Below are positions 1 through 12,000 of a stretch of DNA of 64,000 bases, piece by piece. Both the position numbers and the translations under genes were made by a program. The DNA comes from Dipteris shenzhenensis (lineage: Eukaryota). The notes under the pieces are model-generated. The model saw only the letters and a list, made by a program, of their open reading frames with translations, was not told the origin of the DNA and did not search any database. Numbering within the stretch: position 1 is the first letter of the stretch; each line of letters starts with the position of its first letter. The stretch lies in the NCBI GenBank assembly GCA_047967505.1, contig CM106538.1, one strand, 5' to 3'.

Positions 1-1174
1 GAAGTCGGCTTTCTTCTTGTCAGCCATACATGAAGACATAGATCAAATCATCAGTGTTACCTCTGGTGAGTTGAAGGCAATGGATGTTTTGACAATGGAG
101 GATATGCTATTTCAAATGGGAAAAAAATTGGAGGTTCTCGCAAGGAAAGAATCAGAAGTGGCTATCTTAGAGAGGATGGTAGATTAAAGAGCATTCATAG
201 AGCCACATTTACAAATAGGAATGATGCCCTAATAGGACACACAAATCCACACTACTTTCGGTTTCACATGCATAACAATATTCCAGTGATGCAATGGAAG
301 CACTACTCAGTAGATGGAGATCATTTATGGAGTGAGTCATATGCTTTATTAAAACGAATAAATCATTGGAGGAAACTAGATTTGTTCTTGCAAAAAACAA
401 ATCACTTGACATAGATGAAATGAAAGCTTGAAAGCCTTCATTAAACTCTTCAAAGTATGATGCAGAAATATCCCGAGCAATCAACTAAGAATTGGAGACA
501 ATTAAATCAAGTGAAGCACTTATCCAATCTTTAGAAAGACAAGAAAACTTAATGAGCATTGAATACTCTGAATCCTTTTGGCCGGAACAAGCTAGGTCAC
601 CAAGTTTTCCTTTGGATATAAATATGTTAGTAGATATGGAGGAAGCAGAGGAATGCCTTTTACCTCAAAAATATTGTGGTAGGAAGGGAGACAAACCCTT
701 ACCAGAGTTTATACCATCTAATGAGATTGAAGAGGGTCTATTTGTTGCAGTTTGGGCAATCTGATCTAGGTTCAGAGTTGGATGACCAAGGTGGCCCAAT
801 TTGGGTTGCAAAGGTTGCTAAGATAGAAAGGGATGACAAGGAACTCCTATAACATTTATAGCTTTATGGTATGAACCAAAGCCATTGAAAAATCTCCCAA
901 GAAGATATACAATAAAACAACTCTATGAGGGATGCTTGCAAAAGAAACGTGAAATGGGTTCCAAATAATGAGGGTGGAGGTCAGTAGCATTATTCATTGC
1001 TGGAAATCGAGGACACGAAGTTTTAAAAAGAAGAATGGATACAATGTTGAAAAATGTATCACAATCCCTGATCCAAGTCATGTCCATATTAAACATCATT
1101 TGGCAAGACTTGACCCATCAAGCTCAAATACATTACATGAATCTGATGACTCTGAACGAGATTCAGATGCATAA
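1..1174 (+). pseudogene. Degenerate DNA-transposon transposase C-terminal part, Sola1-like DDD type (family assignment inferred)
   Basis: Frameshifted EVGFLLVSHT/HEDIDQIIS at 1-55 resembles the FLxVGHTHEDIDQ motif. It is followed by GHTNPHYFRF..PVMQWKHY and PIWVAKV..LWYEP segments with stops and frameshifts. Confidence 0.6.
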
Positions 1175-1203
1175 GATAATGTTTTGTATGCTTTTTTCCA
1201 TAC

Positions 1204-1372
1204 AAATGGTGTATCTATACACCACCAATAAGATAATTTATTGTATGGTTTGTTTTTCAAAAAAAGGGTGTATCTATACACCACTTATATATTGAATTCA
1301 ACAAACTCTTTTTTTTTCAAAAAAATGGTGTATCTATACACCACTTATATATTGAATTCAACAAACTCTTTT
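1204..1372 (+). repeat. Tandem ~60-bp repeats (core TGGTGTATCTATACACCAC), probable subterminal repeats of the transposon
   Basis: Three copies near 1205, 1265 and 1324. The last two are nearly identical, including ttatatattgaattcaacaaactctt. Confidence 0.75.
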
Positions 1373-2909
1373 CATATGGTGTCATATTTTCACTTCATAG
1401 TGTTAAAATTGAACTTGAGTTAGGAGACTACTATTATTATTATTATAGTTATTGGATGGGGGCACCATGCACGAGTTTGGGAATTATAGCTTCACTGAGC
1501 CATTTTTTTTAAAATTAGAGGTTACCACTTGACTTTTTAGCTTAATAAGGCCATATTTGTATATAAGTGACCCATTTAGTGCTCAAAAAAACCCAATTTT
1601 TTAGCTCACTAAGTGAAGTTGAGTGGAGAGGATATGCTCCCAAAAAAAGTCCAAACCAAGAGAGAAAGTCCAAAAATTTTGAATAGTGTGTTTATGCTCT
1701 CCCTCACGACAAGGAGTCTGAGTGCTCAAGGGAGCACGGTGAAGGCTTGTGAGGATACCTCCCTGCTTGCGAAAGACCAGCGCCCTAAGTCATCATTTCG
1801 AACACATTCTATGCCTTGTAGTTAGATTTACAAATTTGTTATCCTTTTCTTCATGAAATCTGCAAGGAGCTGCTTCAATCTCATTGATCTTCTTTGTTGT
1901 GTAGCCTTCGATGCTTAGGAACCTTTGCATGCTGCATGGTTAGGAGAGGGACACTATCCCGATCACTTCTACTTATAGTTTCAAATCTTTGCAACTACTT
2001 AGAAGCTCTGTGAGTTGTATTAATAATGCATGCTTGATCACCAGTCTCTAACATCTCTTGGAATAGACGTGACCCACTCCATGGTATTCATGAGCTGCGT
2101 CGGCCTGTAGCTCCCCTGGAAATGCACGACTCCTTACATCCTTGTAGTCTCATGCAAAAGATGGGATCTGTCAACGAGACCTATGAGCATGGGCCCCTTT
2201 CACACTTGGTGACCTATGAGCTTAGGCCCCTCAAACACCTTATTATGCAGGCTTCTCCCAATTAGAAATGACTATTACAACTCCGTCTGCTCAGGCACTT
2301 ATGATGAGGCACCATCGCCTTTGAGCTACCAGGCAAAAACACTCGGTCGCCACCTTCACGAACTTCTTGCAAGTTCACTACCTTGATGACGTTTGATATT
2401 CTTGCTGAGAATCTGCTAGGTGGTCTTAGCTACGTCCATATATCGTATGGTTATGAAAGGAAATACTATAATGTGCTAATGACAAAGTGGTATGGGCCTC
2501 AGTCGAGCCTTGTCTAGATGGTACTTGAAGTTTTCATTATTATAAAGCTTGCAAATAGTTTGTATTTGTGTAGGGGAGCTAGGTGCATGAGATCATAGTG
2601 GAACTGAATAAAGGAGGATTAGAAAAAAACAAAAAAAGGAAAAAGGAAAAAGAGTAGAAGAGAAAGATATGGAATTGATAGGTATAACACACACTTGCAA
2701 GTTCGATGTGAATATCAAAGATCCTAACTTGTCAAACTGGCATGATTTTCTCTTTCAAGCTACTTCCTGGTTCTAAGACCTAACCAAACTTGGTTATGAG
2801 GACCCGCTATCGGCCCCTTCACCAGCCTGTCAGGCCATTATGACTATGTTCAATAGAAAGATCCACGAGGTCATATTGACTTGGACTGGAAGGAATTAAT
2901 CTAGACAAA

Positions 2910-5120
2910 AAATGAGTCTTCAAAACATGTTTTTACATTTTAAAATTTTCCCCAAATTAAAACAAAAAACTAAGGGTTTTTAAAAACCAAAAAATGAGGG
3001 TTTTTAAAAACACGTTTCTAGATTTGGAATATTTTTTCAATTTCATAACAAAAAACATATTTTCACATTTGGAATTGTTTTTTGATTTTAAACCAAAAAT
3101 GGGAGTTTTTCAAAACGTGTCTTCCTACTTTAATTCTTTTATCAAATCAGTATTAACCAATGAGGGTTTTTTCAAAAAATCATTGTAGATTTTGATTTTT
3201 ATTTTAATTTTATACCATAAAATTAGGGTTTAGGGTTTAGATCTTAACCAAGTAAATTATTTTAGAGTCTTGCATGTTAATATTCAACCTTAAAAGGTGA
3301 AGGTGGATTCCCTAGTATCTATGCTAACTGAAAGTGGGGGTTAAGGTGCAAGCATAGTTGGTGGACATAAAGATTTTGGGGGTGTGGAAGGAAAAGTTAA
3401 TGGGCACAACTAGTTCTCTTCTTTGGAAGTCCCTTGACCTGTGCGAAGGAAATTAACCAAGTAGATTCTAGTTCCTCCTATCTGCCCTCTATGTGGCAAA
3501 TCCAAAGAGCTAGTCAAACACCTCCTATGGAACTGTGAATTGACCCATGAGCATAGAGTTGAGGGTGCAATCCACAATGCAAGTCTCATGTCACAATTTT
3601 GTATTGGATCAAACTAGAAGCTTCCCCTATTAGGGATGTGACTTCCTTGCCATCTATTCTTGCTTCTCGTTGGCCTTTCATTAGGGCAGTGGTCATGCTT
3701 TCTATGAGGGAAACTAGAAACTGTATGTTGTTTCGTCGTGCTGGCATTTAGGGCCTCTCCCATTTTGGGATGTTTGAGGTCATGCCTCTGAGATTTCAGT
3801 TGGGTCATAACCCAACAAGAGTCCTTGGTGAGTTGTGTCTTTGGAAGTTGACCTCCTTGTTGGGTTAGCTTTTGCTACATGCAGCATAGACTGTGGGCAG
3901 TTAGCCCACAAGTCGATTAAGTTTTGTCTTGTACTTTGGACTTTTGTCTAGAGCTGACCACCCTTTAATATATTCGGCATGTTTATTTTTTTTAAAATCA
4001 CCTTAAAATATTAAAACAAATTATCTAACATACTCATAAAATACTATTTAACATAGACACCATCTTAGTGTTAATATTAACCACTACAACATTACAACAA
4101 ACTATCCAATAAAACAGTTACACATAATTGAGAAAATCGAAATGATATCTTTATTTCACAATAGTATTTACATATATGAAAGCCTCTCTTTTCTTCTTCA
4201 CTATTTTGAAAAGCAAACAAGAACCTCCAATAATTGTTACAAGTCTAGAAGACATGTGTATTAGTACTCTCTACGTGAAAAGCAACGGAGTCCTTTGCTC
4301 CAATATAGCCACAATGATTAAAGGGAAGCAAGCAACTAGAGATTCTTCTCACAAAGCTCTTTCTTGGTTTTTTATGAATTGTGCTTCATCTGGTGAATAT
4401 ATATTTTGTGCTTCATCTCAATGTATATCCTAATATATTCCAAATCCTAATAATAAGTCATTTAAATATTAAATTATTTTAAATTAAATATACTTATGCA
4501 ATCCTAATCTATTTCTAACTGAAATATTTTAATCGTAATCAAATACTACCCAAATATGTTTTAATCCTAATTTAAGTGCTTATATTTTAACCCTAACTTA
4601 ATACTAAAGTGATCCTAGTATATTCTAATTCTAATTTACATACTTATATTGTAATGCAAAAACTAAATAATTTAATATATTTAAAATTAAATATACTTAT
4701 AATTTATATTCTAATGTAAATTCTGATATATATTCTAAATCTTAATATATTATAATTTAATACTAAATCAATAAATCCTCATATATATTTTAAATCCTAA
4801 TATATTACAATCCTATTATATTCTAAATAAATATATGTAAACCCTAATTTAAATGAGGGTTTTTTTTAAAATAAATTTTTACATTTGGGAGTTTTTTCAA
4901 TATTATATAAAAATTGAAAGTTTTTCAAAACATGCCTTTACATTTTGATTTTTTTTAACAAATTAATACCAACAGAAGGTTTTTCAAAAAGTGCTTGTAG
5001 ATTTTCATTTTTCCCTTATTTTATACCATAAAATTAGGATTTAGGGTTTAGATCTTAACTAAGTATATTATTTTATCCATTAGGGTTTAGCATTAGGGTT
5101 TACATCTTAACCAAGTAAAT
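2910..5120 (+). repeat. Two related AT-rich repeat blocks (~2910-3265 and ~4850-5120) with telomere-like TTTAGGG motifs
   Basis: Shared ttttataccataaaattagg..ttagggtttagatcttaac motif and repeated gagggtttttt/caaaaa units. Confidence 0.6.
3280..3990 (+). mobile_element. LINE 3' remnant (zf-RVT region)
   Basis: SPICPLCGKSKELVKHLLWNCE at ~3473-3540 matches the CxxC..E..HLxxxC zinc-binding motif of plant L1 ORF2. T-rich tail follows. Confidence 0.6.
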
Positions 5121-5501
5121 TTTGAAAGCAATTAAATTCTATTTTCCAATTTCATTACTAATCTTTCTTTCTAATGTTACACGATTTCACTCTAAAAGAG
5201 GATTCAGATATGGTATCGTATGGGAGAAATGAAGTGGTTGCATATAGGTCTGATGACTCAAAAAGAGATTTGGAAGAATACCTAAGGATATCTTATGCAT
5301 CATTTTCAAAGATGGTGCACCTTTACACCACCTCTATGTTAATATCAATAACTCTTGAATTATCATATTTACCTCAAGTAATTTTATTTACTACTCAATT
5401 AATAATTAAGGTATTAATTGTTAGCATTGCCTTCCAAGCAACCCTATATTAACACTTTTGTGAAAAAGGTATCCCACACCATTTCTTAACAAGTGGCCCC
5501 C

Positions 5502-5502
5502 T

Positions 5503-5543
<41 letters not shown>

Positions 5544-5545
5544 GA
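5502..5545. repeat. Compound microsatellite (CT)n(CA)n
   Basis: Seen directly. Confidence 0.95.
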
Positions 5546-5701
5546 GTTTGCAAATGGGCGTTTGTAAGAGGTTGCATTATAGCATACAAACTTTCCAATG
5601 GTTCCACTCACAAGCTTCCATCATAGGTGTTGCAAATTAATCATCCATTCATCTTGACAATCGTTTGCATCCAGCACAACCTAAGGCTACTTGTACTTAC
5701 T

Positions 5702-6000
5702 TGTTACTTAATCAAAGAATTAGTTAGTAATTAAAATTAATTAATAATGAAGAAATTAATTAAAAATAATAGAAATAAATTATTAAAGAATGAATTATCA
5801 ATTAGAAATAGAAAGGGCCACTTAAGATGCACACCTTATGTGGGCACATAAGTCTCAAGCCTTATGTGCCTATATAAGGCATGCACCACATGTGGGAGGC
5901 ACCTTCCTCTTTTTTTATCAAGACTTTTATTTGGTATCAAATGTGTAGAATAATATATTAAAAAGGATTTTTCCTTTCTCTCACATTCTCTTCCCCAACC
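5702..6000 (+). mobile_element. Possible solo or degenerate LTR
   Basis: Starts TGTTA, has an AT-rich U3-like part, a TATATAAGG box and a CT-rich end. No partner LTR or TSD found. Confidence 0.3.
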
Positions 6001-7001
6001 ATCCCTCTATTCTGTTTCTGCAAGCCACAATTGTCTGGAGAGGAATGTCTGTAGTGTTGCAAAAAGACTCATTTTTTTTAAGTCTACTATGCCAAGGTGA
6101 TTGGTTTGTAAAGAAAGTCCAAAACAGGAGAAAATTTCCAAAAATGTGTTGGATGAGGAATCTATTTTATTGCTAATACTACATGCTTCACAAGTGGGCT
6201 TAGCCCTTTCGTCCACAAAGTCAAGAAATGAAAATTGCTTAATCTGCTTCGATATCTTCGTAACCACGAGTGCCTAATGTTTCTTCAAATTGTGGATCTA
6301 TTAACCATTGCCTTGATTTCCACGTGCTTTAGTTCTTCCATTTCCATAGGGATGAAATAGTATTATTTGAGGCTTCCAATCAAGGATCCCCCAAATACAA
6401 TGCCCATAATACACTAATAGACAAAGGAGGCCAATTATGTGCATGTTATCCAAGAAGTTTAGAGCTGACAACCATGAGTAGCAAACAAGAATGTTCCAAC
6501 CAAATTACAATGCAAACAATGAGACACCCACTAGAGAGAGATGAAGTCACAATAAACAATTCTCCCGTCTTTGATGAGTTTCATCCTATTACAAAGAGAT
6601 TCATTTGGGTGCTTGTACTTGATGTACTCTATCGTTGTGACGTCAAGGAGGAAAAAATAGTCATGCACTACAATACTTGTGGTAAAAAGTACTTTTAGAA
6701 TTGCCAATTTCAAGAACCCACAATTGCAAACATAAGTTTATGTAGCCTAAAATTAGTGAGTGGCTATTTATTGGAGTTCTGTATATCTAGCATATTGAGA
6801 ATGCTGTATAAGCAACAAGGAGGTAACTGTCATATAATTATTGCCCGTAAAACGAAAAAAATGTCACAATGTACTTGAATAGAGAAATAACAATCCATCG
6901 ATACACCCATTGGAGGTGTTGTGATGTCTCGCTATAGCCACCATTAAAAAACAAGAGTACAAGTACTCGTGAGCACTACCCTTAGAGGGACGAGTTGATT
7001 T

Positions 7002-7005
7002 GAGA

Positions 7006-7041
<36 letters not shown>

Positions 7042-7131
7042 GGGGGGGAGGGGAAGGGGGGGAGGGAGGCATTGATTTGGATAGGGGAGAGAAAAGAGGG
7101 AGGGAAGGGGAGAGAGAGAGAGAGAGAGAGA
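7002..7131. repeat. Polypurine (GA)n / poly-G tract
   Basis: (GA)n-G18-GGGA-rich-(GA)n seen directly. Confidence 0.95.
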
Positions 7132-8279
7132 TGTCACTAAGAATAGAAAGTCTAAAACGTTACCTAAAATAACTAGAAAAAGAGTAAGGAGAGCACTACC
7201 TCGTCGGCCATTTCCTTGAGTTGCTGTTCTACATGTTGTAGTGCATGAAGCTGTTGCTTTAATCACAAGGCAGTGCTAATAACGATATGTTGATACTAAT
7301 AGATGCACACTTTTCTGCACTCATTCAAGGGTATTTATGTTTATATATTCTACTAGTACTTGAAAGTTTGTGTACCCCTTTGAGGGAAACGAAATGGTCA
7401 TGATGCGTTAAATATCGTGAAAGAATAGCTTGCTAGCAACTAAATATATAGAAGTCCATTATTGATGCAAAGAAGAAAATGGCAATACCTTTGGTACTGT
7501 TGTTGCAATAAGCATTCAAGCATACGATAATGTGAAAAGATGGCTACATAGATGGGGGAAAAAATCAAATACTAAAAAGCCTCCATTTGAGCATGACTGG
7601 CAATGCTTTAATATCACAAGGAACTACCCCTAATCTAGTAATTGCATGGAGGAAGGATAGAGCATAAGAAGGAACTTCGTATGATTATTTCTTGTTGCTG
7701 TGATCTAGCTTGAATTAGAGAACCACATTCTTCCATGAGAAGGGACATCACAATCAAGAGGTCACACTACTTATTCATAAGGTTACGTCTTTGTATGACG
7801 GATATGTTGCACACGAGGTAACATGGTAAATCCACACTAAGGCCATGGGAGTAAACAACAACAGACATGAAATACAGAAGGCAGGTCTCTCAAGATGATT
7901 CGAACACATAATGGCGGAGCTAACAATGTTAGAACAGATTTCAATTTCAGTTTATGTTTCACCATGCATGCATGTGAAGAATTCATAGAGAGTAAATACT
8001 ATTAGTGGTGTGACGTAGCCAAATCTCTAAATACATTCTATCAATATGTTGGTCTAGCACTCGAACAATTAAACCGTTCATCTTTAAGTAGCAAACAGAC
8101 CACTCAATAGGAGGAGCATGTCTAGAGCATAACACTTAACACCACATGCCATCAAGTGTCTAGGGCGTCTTAAACAGTACAAGCAGTCATGCTTCCACAT
8201 AAGGTCCTCTCCCACATAATATCTCATTGGATTCGCATTCTAAGCTTTGCAAAGTTGCCCACCCACAATTGCACAACCT

Positions 8280-8393
8280 CACTCTGCAAAACACATATCA
8301 CAAGTGCTTCTAGCATGTTGTGATTTCCATTGTAAGATTTATCATTAGCCACACACAATCACTCTGCAAAACACATATCACACGTGCTTCTAG
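8280..8393 (+). repeat. Local direct repeat (~34 bp, 80-bp spacing)
   Basis: cactctgcaaaacacatatcacaagtgcttctag at 8280 and the same with one mismatch at 8360. Confidence 0.85.
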
Positions 8394-8986
8394 TGTCATC
8401 CACCATGTGAAGAACAAGCTCCAGCTTCTAACAACCACCTTTATTATCAAAACAATTTATAGATAGGCTTCTAATTTCACATGGTAGGGAGTACAGATGC
8501 AAGTATGGTGAGATGGATGCCACCACAATTCAAACAGCAATTGTACCTGTCATTGCTCTGACACATAAATGGAAATCCACAGAAAACCTTGCCAAGCAGA
8601 TTTTTGAAAATCTCAAGCAACACCTTTTTATAAATTTAAATGACTCATTACAGGAGCATATACTTGGCAGATTCCACAAGCATCACAAATCAACACCCCT
8701 CCCTGACTTTCAGAAAGGATCCAAACTGAAATGGGATGCCTTTTCACAAATCCACATGTTGTCTGCCCAATATCCGGACCTTAGATTTACTTCCAGATTA
8801 ATAAACGAAACCTTGAAGCAAAGTACCTGGAACTTTTAACAAATTTGCATGCAGAAGACTTCACATTTTCAGCTTAGACCTAGAAAGAGGCAGCTGGTTT
8901 AGAAACATGGTAGACCTTTATCAAAACCGAAAGGCAACAAGTTATCCAGTGTCTTATGCTGGAAAAGCTGGACTCACATTGAGTTT

Positions 8987-9036
8987 TTATAATAGCCGAA
9001 GATGGCGAGTTATAGAATCAACTGCAGTCTTGGTGC
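8987..9036 (-). CDS. PTH2: PTH2 last coding exon ((G)[15 protein letters not shown])
   Basis: gacag|GC..., TAA at 8989-8987. Matches the PTH2 C-terminal DxITxxLxLL pattern. Confidence 0.9.
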
Positions 9037-12000
9037 CTGTCATACCAATATAATTAAGAACAGTAATTATTTGCAAGTGTGCAATACGTGATTCTGACCT
9101 ACATTCACACCCAAGTTCCAAAATTCACAAACTTGTCAACTAGTTGCTTCAAGATGCATGGCTTGTCCCAAATTGAAAGCAGAGTCTCAAAGGCCTTTAT
9201 GTTAAACAAGGAGCTCCATGGCCTCATAAGCAGCTCTTATGTTAAAAATTTACGAGTGCAGACCACCCAAAAAAATCCATGAAACCAACCATTTTGAAGT
9301 ATAGAATTCTGATGCTTGATTTGGCATCCAAAGGTACATGACCAAGAGGGCTGTATGCTAGGGCACTGGGTGCCTATCAGCTGGGCACAGTGGGATAGTG
9401 AATCCAAATAATGTACAGGGGCTTGGAGCCGACATCCTCACAGTTTGAGGAGCAAGTATGAGCACTGGCACATTTGAGGAGGGCTGGCTGCATGACGGAG
9501 GAGAGTGATGTATGCATCCAGGAGGCTTAACGAGAGGGTCTGAGGTAATATGCCATAAATGTCCCCCGTTAGCTAGGTCAATTTTCCCGGACCAGAGTTC
9601 CACTCAACGATTTATTCATGGCATACCACCTCGATCTACTCTACCCATCTTCTTTAGTATAGGCACTGGAGGGTCACTGCAGTTTGAGTTAGCATCAGAG
9701 AACAGGGACCCAAAATGCCTTAGATTCCCTCAAGTGGCAAAGGATTACAGTGGTGGGATGACTGGAAGAGGCACTCGGCCATAGAAACCAGGCCATACAG
9801 CAAGAAGTACACATAGTGGAGGCTATGATCTGACCACTGAGAGAGGTGCAGTGGGATGCACGAGACTGATTTATTCCATCTCTGGTGGAGCAGCTGGAGA
9901 CGACAATGGAGTACCTTTCTTCTCCAACACCACCCGCATTGATAGACATTTACAGCTGGATGCCTCATCCCGGAGTCTTCAGGAGAGCACCAGTAGTTGG
10001 AGCAACAGGTACCACATGAGGTCCTCACCAGATTTTGGTCTTGCCTTGGGACTAGCTCAACAAAGATATCATCCTTCTTGGCCCCCAGATGCATTTGTGT
10101 TGGCCAGTGGCTGGAGCACACAAAGAGAGACGGGGCATGCCAGTAGTGTGAGGCAAGGGGCCAAAGACGAGTGTGCGCTGCCCCTGGAGTTCAGAGGATA
10201 TGGCAGTGTGCCCTCAAGGTTTTTGCCATGACGTGGAGGATCCGACAGGTAGTCATTTGGGGTATGGCGGCCTGGCTTACAGAGGGCCAATATGTCCGTT
10301 CCATAGATATAACCTCCCTGTCCTACCAGAGATGGAGAGGGGGCCAACAGTCAAAATATCCAAGAGTCATTGCCTCCTTTCCAACATCACCCACAGACTT
10401 CACAGGGGAACATTGTCAGGGAGACCATTGCCAGCATCAATGCTGGAACAAGGGACAGCACGTTCGGCCTGTGGAAACCCTTATCAACATTTGGCACGGC
10501 GCATCATTTACATTTACATGTTCCCAGCCACACAAAGAGTACGTCTGTTTCAACTTTTTACGAGGCCTGGCCTGCAGCATCTTTGATACATTCACAGATC
10601 GAGGGACTCGTTGGTTGAATATTCCTCCACACTGGCTGTGATGTCTACTTCTAAGGTACCTAGGCACTGAGCTGGGACCCTTAGAAGAAGGCTGCAGGAC
10701 AGCCAGCATTTCTTCGTCAGCACTCACAGATATGAACCTTAGGTATTATTCTCAAAATTTTAATTTTCTGGGGGAAAAAAAGAAATCTGAACTTTTCGTA
10801 CAAGTTTGCTTGCATGGAGCTATCTAAATTACCTGGGCCAACAACGAGCACAGTCTTTGAGCCAGCTGCGACCTGAGAAAGTCAATCAAAACCCATGATC
10901 TTGTGACCTTGATTTATATAAACTAAATAGGACTGGGTTATTAAGCAGAACTTCATTCCACAGACCAACAAAAGGAAGAATATGTGTTACCAATTAAAGG
11001 TGTCATGACTACAAACCTGTGTGCGTCCTGCATCTGCTACAGTGAAAGTGGGAAGGCCAGCCCTATCTGCCTTTGTTCTTATATCATTCCTGGAAACAAA
11101 CACAGACACACCATTTGATCCCATTATAGCTCCCTTCCGTCAGCACTCTAAATCAATAGCTTGGTTTAATAACTCACATCTCTTGCTGGTTTTTGCAGGT
11201 CACCACAATTTTAGGCTGTCCACACTGCACCCATTTGTGTAGAAGCTGGTGTTGACTGCGAAAGCAACAAAGAAATTATAAAGCATAACAGGAATTTTTG
11301 AAATCCATTTGGGAACAAATTGTCATGCATACAAAAATCCTCATTCCAGTTCTAGGCTTTCAAATTTTCTCATTTCTACACTTGCACAGAATTACAACAG
11401 AGACATGCGATATGTTGGTTATGAGGGATAGTTTTCATGACATAGGGTTGACCAGATGTGAGATAGACATCGAACTCTTACTTCTACTCACATGAAGGGA
11501 AGATGATATAGATAATCTCATTAAGGAGGCCAGTACCAAGATCAAGGTGAAGTACAACACTTGAAATAAAGGACCCTGGCTTCCTACCTTTTCCTATGCA
11601 TCAAAATCTTCTGACTCAGAGATGATAAGCTTACTCTTTTCTCTGGTTAAGTAAGCTAAGGTGACAGATGGAGGGTTCCAACAGTTGTCATAACACGACA
11701 GCTCACACTTTCTCACACCATATTGCATCAAATTCCGTATATCCATTTACCAATCACACATGGTGATACATCAGCTTGATAGTAGAACTTATTAGCCAAG
11801 TCTTAGTAGAGCCTTGAGTCACAATATAGAGCATGCAAGAATTCATTGCTGTTCGTGGCCAAATAGATTTCTACCTCAATTATGGTCGATGTGATTTTAA
11901 AGGCCTCCTTCATAATCTCATCAAGGAGGCCAGTAGAAAGATCAAGGTGAAGTACAGCACTTCAAAATAGCAGACCTGGGCTTCCTACCTTTTCCTAAGC

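Noticed and set aside
1204-1372. CRISPR-like palindromic repeats
   Set aside because: Eukaryotic context, spacers of copies 2 and 3 are identical, and there are no cas genes.
3223-5102. Interstitial telomere
   Set aside because: Only 2-3 imperfect TTTAGGG units embedded in a dispersed repeat.
6007-6900. Possible minus-strand LINE RT remnant (HLGIVDL)
   Set aside because: Too decayed; a single weak motif.
8513-8839. 108-aa plus-strand ORF
   Set aside because: No recognisable motif; antisense to the PTH2 3' region and probably chance.
10437-10738. Possible alternative last PTH2 exon or ORF MSADEEML... at an AAG acceptor near 10738
   Set aside because: No polypyrimidine tract, and it would give GSYL* immediately. 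The exon at 9036-8987 supplies the conserved C-terminus.
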